IMG/VR virus record: IMGVR_UViG_2630968627_000001
Coordinates: 1 to 64,000 of that record
Strand: one strand, 5' to 3'
From: a virus
Lineage: Duplodnaviria; Caudoviricetes
Length of the DNA stretch: 64,000 nt
Shown here: positions 19,897 through 28,547 of the stretch, in pieces
How the letters are laid out: each line of letters begins with the position of its first letter
Position numbering within the stretch: position 1 is the first letter of the stretch
Notes under the pieces: model-generated
The model's input: the letters and a program-made list of their open reading frames with translations, nothing else
Databases searched by the model: none
Told to the model about the DNA's origin: nothing
Translations under genes and position numbers: made by a program

Positions 19897-20717
19897 TCCT
19901 TCTCTCCTTGGATAGGTGTGAGTGCTGCTGCGAAGTCCGCCTCTTCTCGGAAGAACGGCAGGCCCGACTCGTTGTCACGGTAGACGACGATGGTACGGCC
20001 ACGCTCTTTACTGCCCGCCCCGAAGGCGTAGGTGATGAAGTTGTACGTGCCGCCCTTTTCCTTGTGGGTGTACGCGATGTCCTGGTACGTGGCGTGGGCG
20101 TACGGGGTGTCGCTCGCCTTGGCCAGGTTGTGCTCAGGGGTTCGGTACTGGTCCAGGATCTGGTCGATGACCGTGTGCTCGAAGACAATGCGGTGCTGGC
20201 GTTCAGTTCCGCCTGGAGTGTGCTCCAGGTGGCTCGGCCCCTTGTACAAGCGTTCCAGCAGGTCGGGGGATGGCTCGGTTATGGTAATCCGCTCCCGGAC
20301 CCATGCAGGCAGGATGTAGTGGACGTAGTGTGCCAGCTTTTCAGGGTTGGCAGTGACCAGCGTTACCCGGTGCGCCCCGTCGAACATCAGGTAGTTGGCT
20401 ACCTGTTGGACTACGCGGGTGGTACGGCCAGTGCGGATCTTCTGGCCATTGTCGTAAGGGGAGTGCGAGACCGCCGCTTTGGTCAGGACATCATAGGATC
20501 GTACAAAGTCGTCTGCCTCGGCCGCCAGCTTCTTGGCCGTTGCAAAGTCCAGCTCGTCTCCTGCCGCCATGTCCAGTGCTGCAATCATGCGGCGGATCAA
20601 TTCAATGGACTTCTTACTGTGTACGTCTGGGGTGGCCAGCTTCTGGTCTGGGGGCAGGACGTACTGCGCCCCGGTACTGCAATCAGGTCGTGTTGTGTTG
20701 CTTGCGCCTTTGTTCAT
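19893..20717 (-). CDS. Protein with C-terminal DUF1653-like domain
   Basis: YTHKEKGGTY...VVYRD..G..FFRE..DF pattern. Confidence 0.6.
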   Translation of the reverse strand: MNKGASNTTRPDCSTGAQYVLPPDQKLATPDVHSKKSIELIRRMIAALDMAAGDELDFATAKKLAAEADDFVRSYDVLTKAAVSHSPYDNGQKIRTGRTTRVVQQVANYLMFDGAHRVTLVTANPEKLAHYVHYILPAWVRERITITEPSPDLLERLYKGPSHLEHTPGGTERQHRIVFEHTVIDQILDQYRTPEHNLAKASDTPYAHATYQDIAYTHKEKGGTYNFITYAFGAGSKERGRTIVVYRDNESGLPFFREEADFAAALTPIQGEKE

Positions 20718-20727
20718 GCGCGTCTCC

Positions 20728-20757
20728 AAAGAAAAGAAAAGCGGGCTAGGCCCGCTT
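20728..20757 (-). terminator. Intrinsic terminator
   Basis: AAGCGGGC-CTA-GCCCGCTTTTCTTTT on the minus strand. Confidence 0.7.
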
Positions 20758-20760
20758 GGT

Positions 20761-20937
20761 TCATGGTTGGCTGTTCCAGGCCCGCGCAAGCTCTACTTGC
20801 CGGAATACTCCCGGTGCCAGGGTCTTACCGCAGGACTGGCATACAGCGTACCATCCCTTGCTTCCCTGTCCTTTAGCCACAATGATACGCTTGCTGCCGC
20901 AGGCGCATGGGTTCAGTTTGTCTTTTGCCTTGCTCAC
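20761..20937 (-). CDS. Lar-like (restriction alleviation family) Zn-finger protein, 58 aa
   Basis: Hand translation MSKAKDKLNPCACGSK...VCQSCG...ARAWNSQP; GTGA overlap; below the ORF-track cutoff. Confidence 0.6.
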   Translation of the reverse strand: MSKAKDKLNPCACGSKRIIVAKGQGSKGWYAVCQSCGKTLAPGVFRQVELARAWNSQP

Positions 20938-21197
20938 CTGGAGTTGCCCCCTCGTACGGTTTCATCATGCACCAGGCTGTTGGTCTTCATGATGATGTTC
21001 TGTCGAGACATCGCCGCTTGTCGTTCCTTCATCCCCCGGTCTGCATGCACCTGCATGAGGTGCAGGACACCGAGTATGAAGGCAAGCAGTACCAATGCGA
21101 TGACGCAAATGGCTAGGGCTGTTAGCAAGGCTGGGCTGTGCATGGCTTGTTTTCCTCGTGGTGTTGAGTAGTCGCGGCCGCCCAGAGTTTTTCGCAT
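20934..21197 (-). CDS. Small membrane protein (start probably MHSPALL)
   Basis: One long hydrophobic segment. Confidence 0.55.
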   Translation of the reverse strand: MRKTLGGRDYSTPRGKQAMHSPALLTALAICVIALVLLAFILGVLHLMQVHADRGMKERQAAMSRQNIIMKTNSLVHDETVRGGNSR

Positions 21198-21964
21198 GCC
21201 AGGATCCAGGCTCGGACGAGATCTCCCCGCACGATGTCTTCTGGCCCGAAGTCTACGGTGGCTGTTGCCATACCAGCCATGTGGTCGCAGACCCGTTTGA
21301 ACTGGGCTATGCCGCTGACCTGATTGTAACGCGAAGACAGGTCAATTTGTCGTGTATCACCTGTAACCAATAGCCGTGAATTCTTGCCCAACCGGGTCAC
21401 AACTGTATGAATTTGTTCAAATGTGCAATTTTGCACCTCATCCAATACCACAATTGTGTCTCGGTATGTCATACCTCGTAAAAATGAAATCGACTCGAAG
21501 GACAGAACGCCCGAGGACTTCATGTGCTTGTAGGTAGATGGTCGCCCGAAGATCTCGGCCAGGATGTCTGGGTAGGGGCCTTCAAAGGGCTGGTTCTTTT
21601 CTTCCAGGGTGCCGGGTAGATGTCCTTGCTCCGCGCTCTGGACGGGTGCTCGCAGGATCTTGATGTGCTTGATACCCTTGGATGGAGTGACCAGATCTTC
21701 GCAGGCCAGACGCAGGGCTGTGTAGGTCTTGGCTGTGCCTGCCGTACCCAACAGGGATAACATCAGAACGTCGTCCGCCCAGTGCCGCATGGCCGCCTTC
21801 TGTTTGGAAGTAGCCGGTGGCATGCGCTGTAGATCGTGGAAGCTCCAGGTCTTCTTGGCTGGGCCTTCTTGGCGGGCCAAGTGGTCCTCCATTACCGAGT
21901 TGATCTTCTGCTCGGCTTGGGCCTGGGCGCGGGACATGTGTTTGCCGGATCGGTTTCGAGACAT
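21122..21964 (-). CDS. phoH: PhoH-like ATPase
   Basis: GTAGTAKT, GHLPG..EEK, FLRGMT, LDEVQN, TRLG..S...VTGD..QID motifs. Confidence 0.92.
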   Translation of the reverse strand: MSRNRSGKHMSRAQAQAEQKINSVMEDHLARQEGPAKKTWSFHDLQRMPPATSKQKAAMRHWADDVLMLSLLGTAGTAKTYTALRLACEDLVTPSKGIKHIKILRAPVQSAEQGHLPGTLEEKNQPFEGPYPDILAEIFGRPSTYKHMKSSGVLSFESISFLRGMTYRDTIVVLDEVQNCTFEQIHTVVTRLGKNSRLLVTGDTRQIDLSSRYNQVSGIAQFKRVCDHMAGMATATVDFGPEDIVRGDLVRAWILACEKLWAAATTQHHEENKPCTAQPC

Positions 21965-21973
21965 AGCCTATCC

Positions 21974-22592
21974 TTAGTGTCGGGTGATGGTGTGATTGTG
22001 GAACATGTAATCGTGGAGGGTGTAGCTCCGCCCCCAGAGCTTGGCCGTGCGAATGGCTTCTGCAAGCTCCAGGTCGATAAATAAATAGAAGGTAGGTAGC
22101 GCGGGGATGATGATGTTGTACAGGCCATTGTCCTCGTCCGCGTCGTCGTAGTAGGTATCGTAGACGGCGGGAAGGATCCACAGCTCTTGTGTGGTTTCAA
22201 TGGCATGCCGGATCTCCTTCATCATGGCCCGTACGTATCGCGGGTCTTCGGGAGACTGGGCGGTCAGCTCCTGGTGTACCTGGTCCATCAGGTCATCCAG
22301 ACAGTGCTTAATCTGTGTCGTCATTCAAGGCGCTCCATGCCATTTGTGCTAGGTCACAGGGGTACTCTTCGTCGAACAGTAGAAGAAGAGCCCCGAACCC
22401 ATTGTCCCGGTAAATGATCGGTGCGATCAAGGGGATGAAAACCATTACTTCCAATGCTACCGCAACCGGGTCGGAGTCTCCATGGTCACGGTCTATGATG
22501 TCCTGGACAGTAGGGAGTATGACGGCGTGCTGGAGCATCACTGAAGCAACCATCAGCGAGTACACCGTCCCTACTAAGGTCATCAAGTCCAT
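21974..22592 (-). other. Two small hypothetical genes (21974-22324; 22308-22592, hydrophobic)
   Basis: Tight packing downstream of terL. Confidence 0.55.
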
Positions 22593-22593
22593 G

Positions 22594-24543
22594 TCAATTC
22601 CTGGGTGCGTCCATTCGTTCGCGGTCTTCCATTCGACCTTCCATATCGTCAGAGTAGTCCCCGTCCCCGGCGGAGAACCAGGTGGATCGGCGTTCGAGCA
22701 TGTTGGTGTACGCTCCCGTTACCGCATCCGCCACGTCCTTGGATCCTGTGACTGGGTGGTCTACTTTGTCCTTGGTCGAATCGTACTCTAAATCGATGTA
22801 CTCGCCTATCAATTCCGGGTCATTCAACAGGATAAGACGCCCGTCGTACATGGCATCCCGCGCCTGCTTATGTGGGGTGCTGCTGCGGTCCATAGAGATC
22901 TCGCGTGCTCGCCACCCCGCCTTGCGCCATTGCTGGATAGACTCGCGTGATTGGAAGCCGTCATACGACACCCCTTTGATGGGATAGCCGTGGTGCTTCT
23001 GGAGGCTCTGGGCGAAGGCCCGCACCTCTGCGATGTCGATCTCATTGTTGGCGTCTGGTTTGATGGACGCGGCCATCTCTACGATACCGACAGGCAGTCG
23101 TTCCTTGATCGGATCCTTCTGGGAGTCCCCCATTCTAGTCACCTCCGCCATGCCGGCGAAGGCCACCATTGCTATACCCAGCCTGTCCCCGGTCAAGGCC
23201 AAGTCAATGTGGATATAGCGTGGGCGCGAGGGGTTGGCGCAGTAATGGCCAGGCTTGACTCGCAGCATGCCGTCCACGCCCAGGATGACGTGATCCTTTT
23301 CCAGGAACGATTCCAGCCCGCGCTCGACACCCAGCTCTGCCGATTCGTAGATCTTGTGGCGGGATTTGATGAATGGCGAGATGACGTTGCTAGAGATCCC
23401 CATGACGTCTCGGAGGGCGTCGTAGATCCCGGTGGAGTTGAAGTCGCCCAGGTATTCGATGGGAACTTCTTCGATCCACACGCCAGGAATGTCTATGACC
23501 TCGTCGTCGCCCAGGACTCGTGTGTCGTGCTGGACTTCGTTGGCGATCATCAAGCGGAATTTCTTGCCGGAGAATCGGCTGGCCGGCAGCACATCGTACT
23601 GTCGTCGGTTATAGATGTAGCAGTGGATGGACTTGCCGCCATCCTTGCGTACCTCGTCGCGCCGCTTGTCCGTGAAGTCGCCCCGGTATCGGGTGGACGA
23701 GGACGAGATGACCTTACCGATGGTTGGGCCTGGTCGCAGGAACCGGGACTTCTTCCGTCGGGTCAGTGTGGAGTGTACCTGTGCCGCCTGGTTGTACACG
23801 CCGCTGCGTCCCGTACCGGCTTCAGCCTTCTTGGACTTCATGACGACGTTCATAAAGTTGATCTCGTCAATGACCGCGTGGATACATGCTTCCCCGATCA
23901 CCGCGTCCTCGTCGCCGCCCGCTGGTACAACCCGGATGTTCTTCTTCTCGAAAATCATCTCGCTGGTGGTCAGCTTGTCGGGCATGTAGTTGCGCTGGAA
24001 CCAGGGCATGGCCTCCAGGTACTTACGAGCTGGCATGTAGACAACCTTGCGCATGACGTGTGGCTTGGCCGCCAGGAACGCCAGAACGATAGTCGTAGCG
24101 GAGGACAGGCCGTACCAACGCTGGGGGTTTTGCAGGCAGTGCAGCAGGTACAGAGCGTACAAGGTATCAATGATGGACAGGGTGGTCTTGGCCGTACCCG
24201 TCGCTCCCATGAATACTGCTTCTTCGTACCCGCCCCGTCCGATGCCCTTCCACCAGTCCTGGTTCAGCTCAATGGCAGTACGCCGTACCTCTGGCCAGAT
24301 ACTCAAGTCGGTGGCCCCAAGAAAGTCTGGGCCATCCAGAAACTCCTCCATGCTGACCGGGATGTGCTCCAGGTTCTCCATGAAGTCGAACAGGTTGCTC
24401 TTGCCGTACAGCATGCGCTCCTGTACCGCGTGGACATACATCTGGGCGTACATCGTACCGCCCATACGCTCGGCCTGCTCCCTGATCCGCGCCAGCAAGG
24501 CTCGTTTGCGTGGCGGCAGGGTTGGTTCCTGGGATGCCGTCAT
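22594..24543 (-). CDS. terL: Terminase large subunit
   Basis: Walker A GATGTAKT, Walker B AVIDEINF, nuclease HIDLALTGD, YDGFQS, KVDHP..GSKDVADA. Confidence 0.88.
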   Translation of the reverse strand: MTASQEPTLPPRKRALLARIREQAERMGGTMYAQMYVHAVQERMLYGKSNLFDFMENLEHIPVSMEEFLDGPDFLGATDLSIWPEVRRTAIELNQDWWKGIGRGGYEEAVFMGATGTAKTTLSIIDTLYALYLLHCLQNPQRWYGLSSATTIVLAFLAAKPHVMRKVVYMPARKYLEAMPWFQRNYMPDKLTTSEMIFEKKNIRVVPAGGDEDAVIGEACIHAVIDEINFMNVVMKSKKAEAGTGRSGVYNQAAQVHSTLTRRKKSRFLRPGPTIGKVISSSSTRYRGDFTDKRRDEVRKDGGKSIHCYIYNRRQYDVLPASRFSGKKFRLMIANEVQHDTRVLGDDEVIDIPGVWIEEVPIEYLGDFNSTGIYDALRDVMGISSNVISPFIKSRHKIYESAELGVERGLESFLEKDHVILGVDGMLRVKPGHYCANPSRPRYIHIDLALTGDRLGIAMVAFAGMAEVTRMGDSQKDPIKERLPVGIVEMAASIKPDANNEIDIAEVRAFAQSLQKHHGYPIKGVSYDGFQSRESIQQWRKAGWRAREISMDRSSTPHKQARDAMYDGRLILLNDPELIGEYIDLEYDSTKDKVDHPVTGSKDVADAVTGAYTNMLERRSTWFSAGDGDYSDDMEGRMEDRERMDAPRN

Positions 24544-25388
24544 AGTTCAACATGCTCCTGTGCTGCTTCAGAGTCGGAGTCCCGGAAGGATCCAAAGCCT
24601 TCGTCGCCTCCCCCGCCCTCTACTGGCTGCTCGTCTGCTTCCACGTTGTTCAACAGCTCGCGTGTCATCTGCATCAGCACCTGTGCATCGGACAACGTGC
24701 CGCCAGTCTGGGATTGACGGAAGCGGACAGCTTCAAGGAACCCGGACGAGTGCAGGAATTTAACCTTGTCTGCCTGGGCGACCATAGCGGTACGCATTGC
24801 GGCCAGTCGAATAGGTGCTGGCAGGGCTTGTGCCCCGGAATTCTGGTCTACCATGCGGACAGCCTGGGCCGTCATCTCGGAGTAGAACTCCATCTGCTCG
24901 CCGATGATCTGGTCGATGTTCAGCGCCTGGGCGTTCTCTCGCATACGAGCGGCCAGCGCCCGCTTGTCCCGCTGGACAGTGGAGACGGAGATACCCAAGG
25001 ATTGTGCGATACGATCCAGCGGGATCCGGCGCATCAGCAGACGCTGCACCAGGCCCATACGATACTCCTGGACCACTTCGCTAGGCATGGACCCGGAGAT
25101 CGCTGCCAGACGGGCGGCAGGGGTTGTACCGAGGACGTCATCAACGCCGTCATCAGACTGGGCCGCAGGGGCTGGAATGGGGGCGCGAGGCAGAGTAGGA
25201 GGACGGGCGCGGTTATTCGCCTCGTACTCTGGATCGACCAGATCGTCTACCTCGTCTGGTTCGTGCTCGCTGCCGCGCATGGTTACGCCGTCGTTGGGTC
25301 GTGTGCCAGAACCCCGCAGTGCTGCTGCGCGGGACCGGCGAACAATGGCACGACGCCGTGGTTCCTGGTTATCCGCTGGTACGCTCAT
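24540..25388 (-). CDS. Putative terminase small subunit
   Basis: HTH (LDRIAQSLGISVSTVQRD); directly upstream of and overlapping terL. Confidence 0.65.
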   Translation of the reverse strand: MSVPADNQEPRRRAIVRRSRAAALRGSGTRPNDGVTMRGSEHEPDEVDDLVDPEYEANNRARPPTLPRAPIPAPAAQSDDGVDDVLGTTPAARLAAISGSMPSEVVQEYRMGLVQRLLMRRIPLDRIAQSLGISVSTVQRDKRALAARMRENAQALNIDQIIGEQMEFYSEMTAQAVRMVDQNSGAQALPAPIRLAAMRTAMVAQADKVKFLHSSGFLEAVRFRQSQTGGTLSDAQVLMQMTRELLNNVEADEQPVEGGGGDEGFGSFRDSDSEAAQEHVEL

Positions 25389-25390
25389 AT

Positions 25391-26122
25391 CTATCCCCGA
25401 ACGCAATAGTAGGTGGCGAACATCGCATAGCGGGTGGTCTCATAGACCTGATACCCCATCTCGGCCGCCGCCTTCAGAAAGTGAAACTTAGACATTGGCC
25501 ACATAGCTCCCGCCAATGCGCGGGTCTTGGCCTCGATTTCTTCACGAGTATACCCGTGACGCATGCGGAAGTGAATGTACTCGTCGTGCATGGCCTCGCC
25601 AGTTGGCCCCTCGTGGGATTCTTTGTGGCCCATAATGAACACGCCGCCCGGTCGTACCAGGTCCATGACCTCCCGCAGTCGGCGGGCTTGTACGTGAGGG
25701 TCAACGAATTGCATGACGTAGTTCAGGACGACGACATCGTAGGATCCCTGGCCGCCCGCTGGGGCCGCCTCATTGAGATCTACGTACTCTATCTGGTGCT
25801 GGCTGTAGTCCCTTGTCAGGTAGGACAACATGTCCTTGGAGTGCTCCATAAGCGTGAGCCGGTACGCTGGCGAATCCTCAGCCCAGTGTAGACCTACTGC
25901 ATCAGCAAAGGCCCCACGCGATGCGCCGACGTCCAGCATGTGTACCATGCGACGGGCTGCGAAGTGTTTACGCAACATGCTGGCGTGCATGCTGTGGGCT
26001 TCATAGAAGTTGGGGATGCTACGCGCTGCCATGTTCGGGAATACAGCAGCTACCTCTGCATCAAACTCGAACTTGTCGGGCTTGGCAGGGAAGTGCTTTG
26101 TCCCTTTGTCTTCGTTTGTCAT
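25391..26122 (-). CDS. cmoA: CmoA-like carboxy-SAM synthase family protein
   Basis: FEFDAEVAAVFPNMAARSIP, LDVGASRG, VVLNYVMQF, PGG.FIMGHK, F...GYT.EEI.AK..L match E. coli CmoA motifs in order. Confidence 0.8.
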   Translation of the reverse strand: MTNEDKGTKHFPAKPDKFEFDAEVAAVFPNMAARSIPNFYEAHSMHASMLRKHFAARRMVHMLDVGASRGAFADAVGLHWAEDSPAYRLTLMEHSKDMLSYLTRDYSQHQIEYVDLNEAAPAGGQGSYDVVVLNYVMQFVDPHVQARRLREVMDLVRPGGVFIMGHKESHEGPTGEAMHDEYIHFRMRHGYTREEIEAKTRALAGAMWPMSKFHFLKAAAEMGYQVYETTRYAMFATYYCVRG

Positions 26123-26144
26123 TGGTGACTCCGGTATATGCCGT

Positions 26145-26180
26145 AAAAGAAAGTAGGCCCCATGTTAACGGGGCCGTACT
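26145..26180 (-). terminator. Terminator-like hairpin between the ParB-MTase and cmoA-like genes
   Basis: GGCCCC-loop-GGGGCC followed by TACTTTCTTTT on the minus strand. Confidence 0.6.
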
Positions 26181-26197
26181 CTCTTGTCACTAAATGG

Positions 26198-27733
26198 CTA
26201 TACCAAACCCAGCCGTTTCATAAAGGATTCTTTGGCCAGCTCGGCCGAATCCAGGTTACTACCGTCCGTAAATGGCAGGGTGAATTCAAACTCCAGGCTC
26301 TTCATCAAGGCGGGTATGTTGGGGCGCTTGGGGTTCTCCAGCTTGAAATAGAAGATGTTGCCCCCGCCCCAATACTGGGCACTGCCCCAGAAGCGTTTGA
26401 ACATCCGGTCTGCCTCTTCCTGTGTGTGGAATTTTTGCAGCTTGGGTCGGCTGGTGATGTCCCCGATACGTACGCCCGGTTCCGTGTCCATTACAAAGTA
26501 GGTGCTGCGCCGCTCGCCCCCATATTCATAATTGAAGTCAGAGATGTCCCGGCAGGTGCCGTACACCGCTGTGTCCGGGGAGCAAAGAGCGTTGACGATG
26601 GCCAGTACCATCAGCCGGTCTTCCAGGAACGGAATGGAGTTCATGACCGCCGACATGAAGATCGAATCGAAGCGGACATCTGGGTTTGCAATCGATTGCA
26701 AAAACTCTCTGGCCTTCTGTCTGGAGTATTCCGGGCTTGGCTCCCCCTTGCCGCTGTCTGGCTCAATCAGGTAGGGTTCAAAGGACAGTGCGTCGAATCC
26801 CTTCTCCCGTAGGTAGGGGGCCACCTTGTCCAGTCCCGCCCCGAAGTCCAGGATCTTGTTGCCGTGTATGCGTCGGAATTCGGCCCAGGCTTCCTGCGTG
26901 TAAGACTCCTTGTCTGACAGGGTGCGGCAACCATTGGCCCAGAAGCGATAAGACTTGGGGACCGCCCCTTTGTCATTGGATGCGCGTCGGAACGCCCCCG
27001 CCCGCAGCAGATCCTTGAAGTCCCCGTCAATCTTGTAATCCATTGACAGGTAGTTCAGGAACTGTCGGGCTACCTCGCCGTGGGCATCAGGGATGCGAAC
27101 GACAGGCCAGGTCTTCTCCCCTATCTCGGCGGCAGAGAACATGCGGTAGATGCCGTTGACAACGTCCCCGCTGTGCGTGACGACGGCAGGGATGCGGATA
27201 CCCTTGCGCAGCAATGTGTGGGCCGCCAGGACGGCCTTGCGGTCGTACAGGTCAGCCTTGTCGGCCAGGACGGTAGCGATGACCTCGTCCTTGCATTGCA
27301 TGGCGGCAGGGTTGTCGAGATCCGCGTCGGGCAGACTGTCTGCGGCTGCGGCCACCGCTCGCATGTCCAGCTTATCCTCCATCTTCGCCCCGGTATCGAA
27401 CGAGGTGAAGTCGTTGGTCACTCGGTTGAACAGGATGTTGATGCCCTTGACGTCCTTGTCGTCCAGGTCGATCTCCATTACCGGCAGTTTGGTGTACCCG
27501 ACCTCGCGGGCCATGGACTGGCGCTGGTGGCCCGACAGGAGCTTGTTGGTGCCCTTCTGTACGTAGACTGGCATCAGGAACCCCAGCTTGGCCAGGGACA
27601 GCCGCAGCATGCCTAAGCGGCCCTCGTGGGCCTGCCGGGGGTTGGTAGTATCAGGGATCAGCGAGTCAATGTCTCGCATAACAACGGCGGATGGGTTCGT
27701 GCGGCGGATTCGCGTTCGGCGTACTGTGGCCAT
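26198..27733 (-). CDS. ParB-N domain(s) fused to a class I SAM-dependent methyltransferase-like domain
   Basis: NPR...LLSGHQR; second VVNGIYR; ILDFGAG motif I; FDSIFMSAVMNSIP. Confidence 0.8.
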   Translation of the reverse strand: MATVRRTRIRRTNPSAVVMRDIDSLIPDTTNPRQAHEGRLGMLRLSLAKLGFLMPVYVQKGTNKLLSGHQRQSMAREVGYTKLPVMEIDLDDKDVKGINILFNRVTNDFTSFDTGAKMEDKLDMRAVAAAADSLPDADLDNPAAMQCKDEVIATVLADKADLYDRKAVLAAHTLLRKGIRIPAVVTHSGDVVNGIYRMFSAAEIGEKTWPVVRIPDAHGEVARQFLNYLSMDYKIDGDFKDLLRAGAFRRASNDKGAVPKSYRFWANGCRTLSDKESYTQEAWAEFRRIHGNKILDFGAGLDKVAPYLREKGFDALSFEPYLIEPDSGKGEPSPEYSRQKAREFLQSIANPDVRFDSIFMSAVMNSIPFLEDRLMVLAIVNALCSPDTAVYGTCRDISDFNYEYGGERRSTYFVMDTEPGVRIGDITSRPKLQKFHTQEEADRMFKRFWGSAQYWGGGNIFYFKLENPKRPNIPALMKSLEFEFTLPFTDGSNLDSAELAKESFMKRLGLV

Positions 27734-27735
27734 AG

Positions 27736-28485
27736 TTACTCCGTGGATATGCCAAGGCGGCGGGTTACTTCCAGGGCTACCTGCTCTTCGTCAAACTCGC
27801 ACATGGTACGTACGCCGTCTACCCAACGGCGGTAGTTCGCGGCAGGTACGAAGCAGACGATGTCGCCGATAACGATGCGGGTGGTCTGGGGTGCGCGGCG
27901 TGGCGCTGCTGCGATGCGCTCGCCCTCGTCCGGGGTCACCAGGTCGTCCGTGCTCAGGCAGTCGTCGCTGACCAGTGCGCTCAAGCAGTCGATCTCTGCC
28001 TCGGTCCAGCCCAAGTTGGAGATGTCGTAGCCCACTGCGGACAGTTGCTGCATTTCTGCCATCAACAGTTCCGTGTTCCAGGTGGCCAGCTCGGACAGCT
28101 TGTTGTCGGCCAGACGGAATGCCTTGGCTTGCGCCGGTGTCAGGTGGCTTGCGCGGATGATAGGGATCTCGGCTACGCCAATCTTGATAGCTGCCTTGAC
28201 GCGGGTATGTCCTGTAATGAGTACGCCCTTGTCGTCAATTACACAAGGAACCAGGAACCCGAACTGCCGGATGGAGTTGGCCACCTGGTCTACTGCTGCG
28301 TCGTTGTCTCGGGGGTTGTATTCGTACCCTCGGACGCTGCTGATAGGCAGGATTTCGATGCTTACTTTAGGGATCTCGAAAGAGTTGGGTTGCGGCGCTG
28401 CGCGGGTCGCGGTCTTCTTGGCTACCTTGGCGGCAGCGGGTCGGCTTGCCGTCTTGGCTGGTGTACGGCGGCGTGAGGTGGTCAT
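27736..28485 (-). CDS. ParB/Srx-like N-terminal domain protein
   Basis: YEYNPRDN...SIRQFGF..P..ID...ITGHTR..AA...RLADNK. Confidence 0.88.
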   Translation of the reverse strand: MTTSRRRTPAKTASRPAAAKVAKKTATRAAPQPNSFEIPKVSIEILPISSVRGYEYNPRDNDAAVDQVANSIRQFGFLVPCVIDDKGVLITGHTRVKAAIKIGVAEIPIIRASHLTPAQAKAFRLADNKLSELATWNTELLMAEMQQLSAVGYDISNLGWTEAEIDCLSALVSDDCLSTDDLVTPDEGERIAAAPRRAPQTTRIVIGDIVCFVPAANYRRWVDGVRTMCEFDEEQVALEVTRRLGISTE

Positions 28486-28499
28486 GTTTTCAATCCTCG

Positions 28500-28525
28500 A
28501 AAAAAAGGCCCCGGTTAAGGGGCCT
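28500..28525 (-). terminator. Intrinsic terminator
   Basis: AGGCCCC-loop-GGGGCCTTTTTT on the minus strand. Confidence 0.75.
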
Positions 28526-28547
28526 GGTGCGGGACAGGCCCTGGGCC

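Noticed and set aside
22951-24717. Long plus-strand ORFs (also 28446-29903, 36482-37897, 41171-42475, 61926-63614)
   Set aside because: Antisense shadows of clear minus-strand genes, as expected in GC-rich DNA
26198-28485. Classical ParABS partition system
   Set aside because: No ParA in the window and no clear parS-binding HTH; the context is methylase and terminase. A ParA outside the window cannot be excluded
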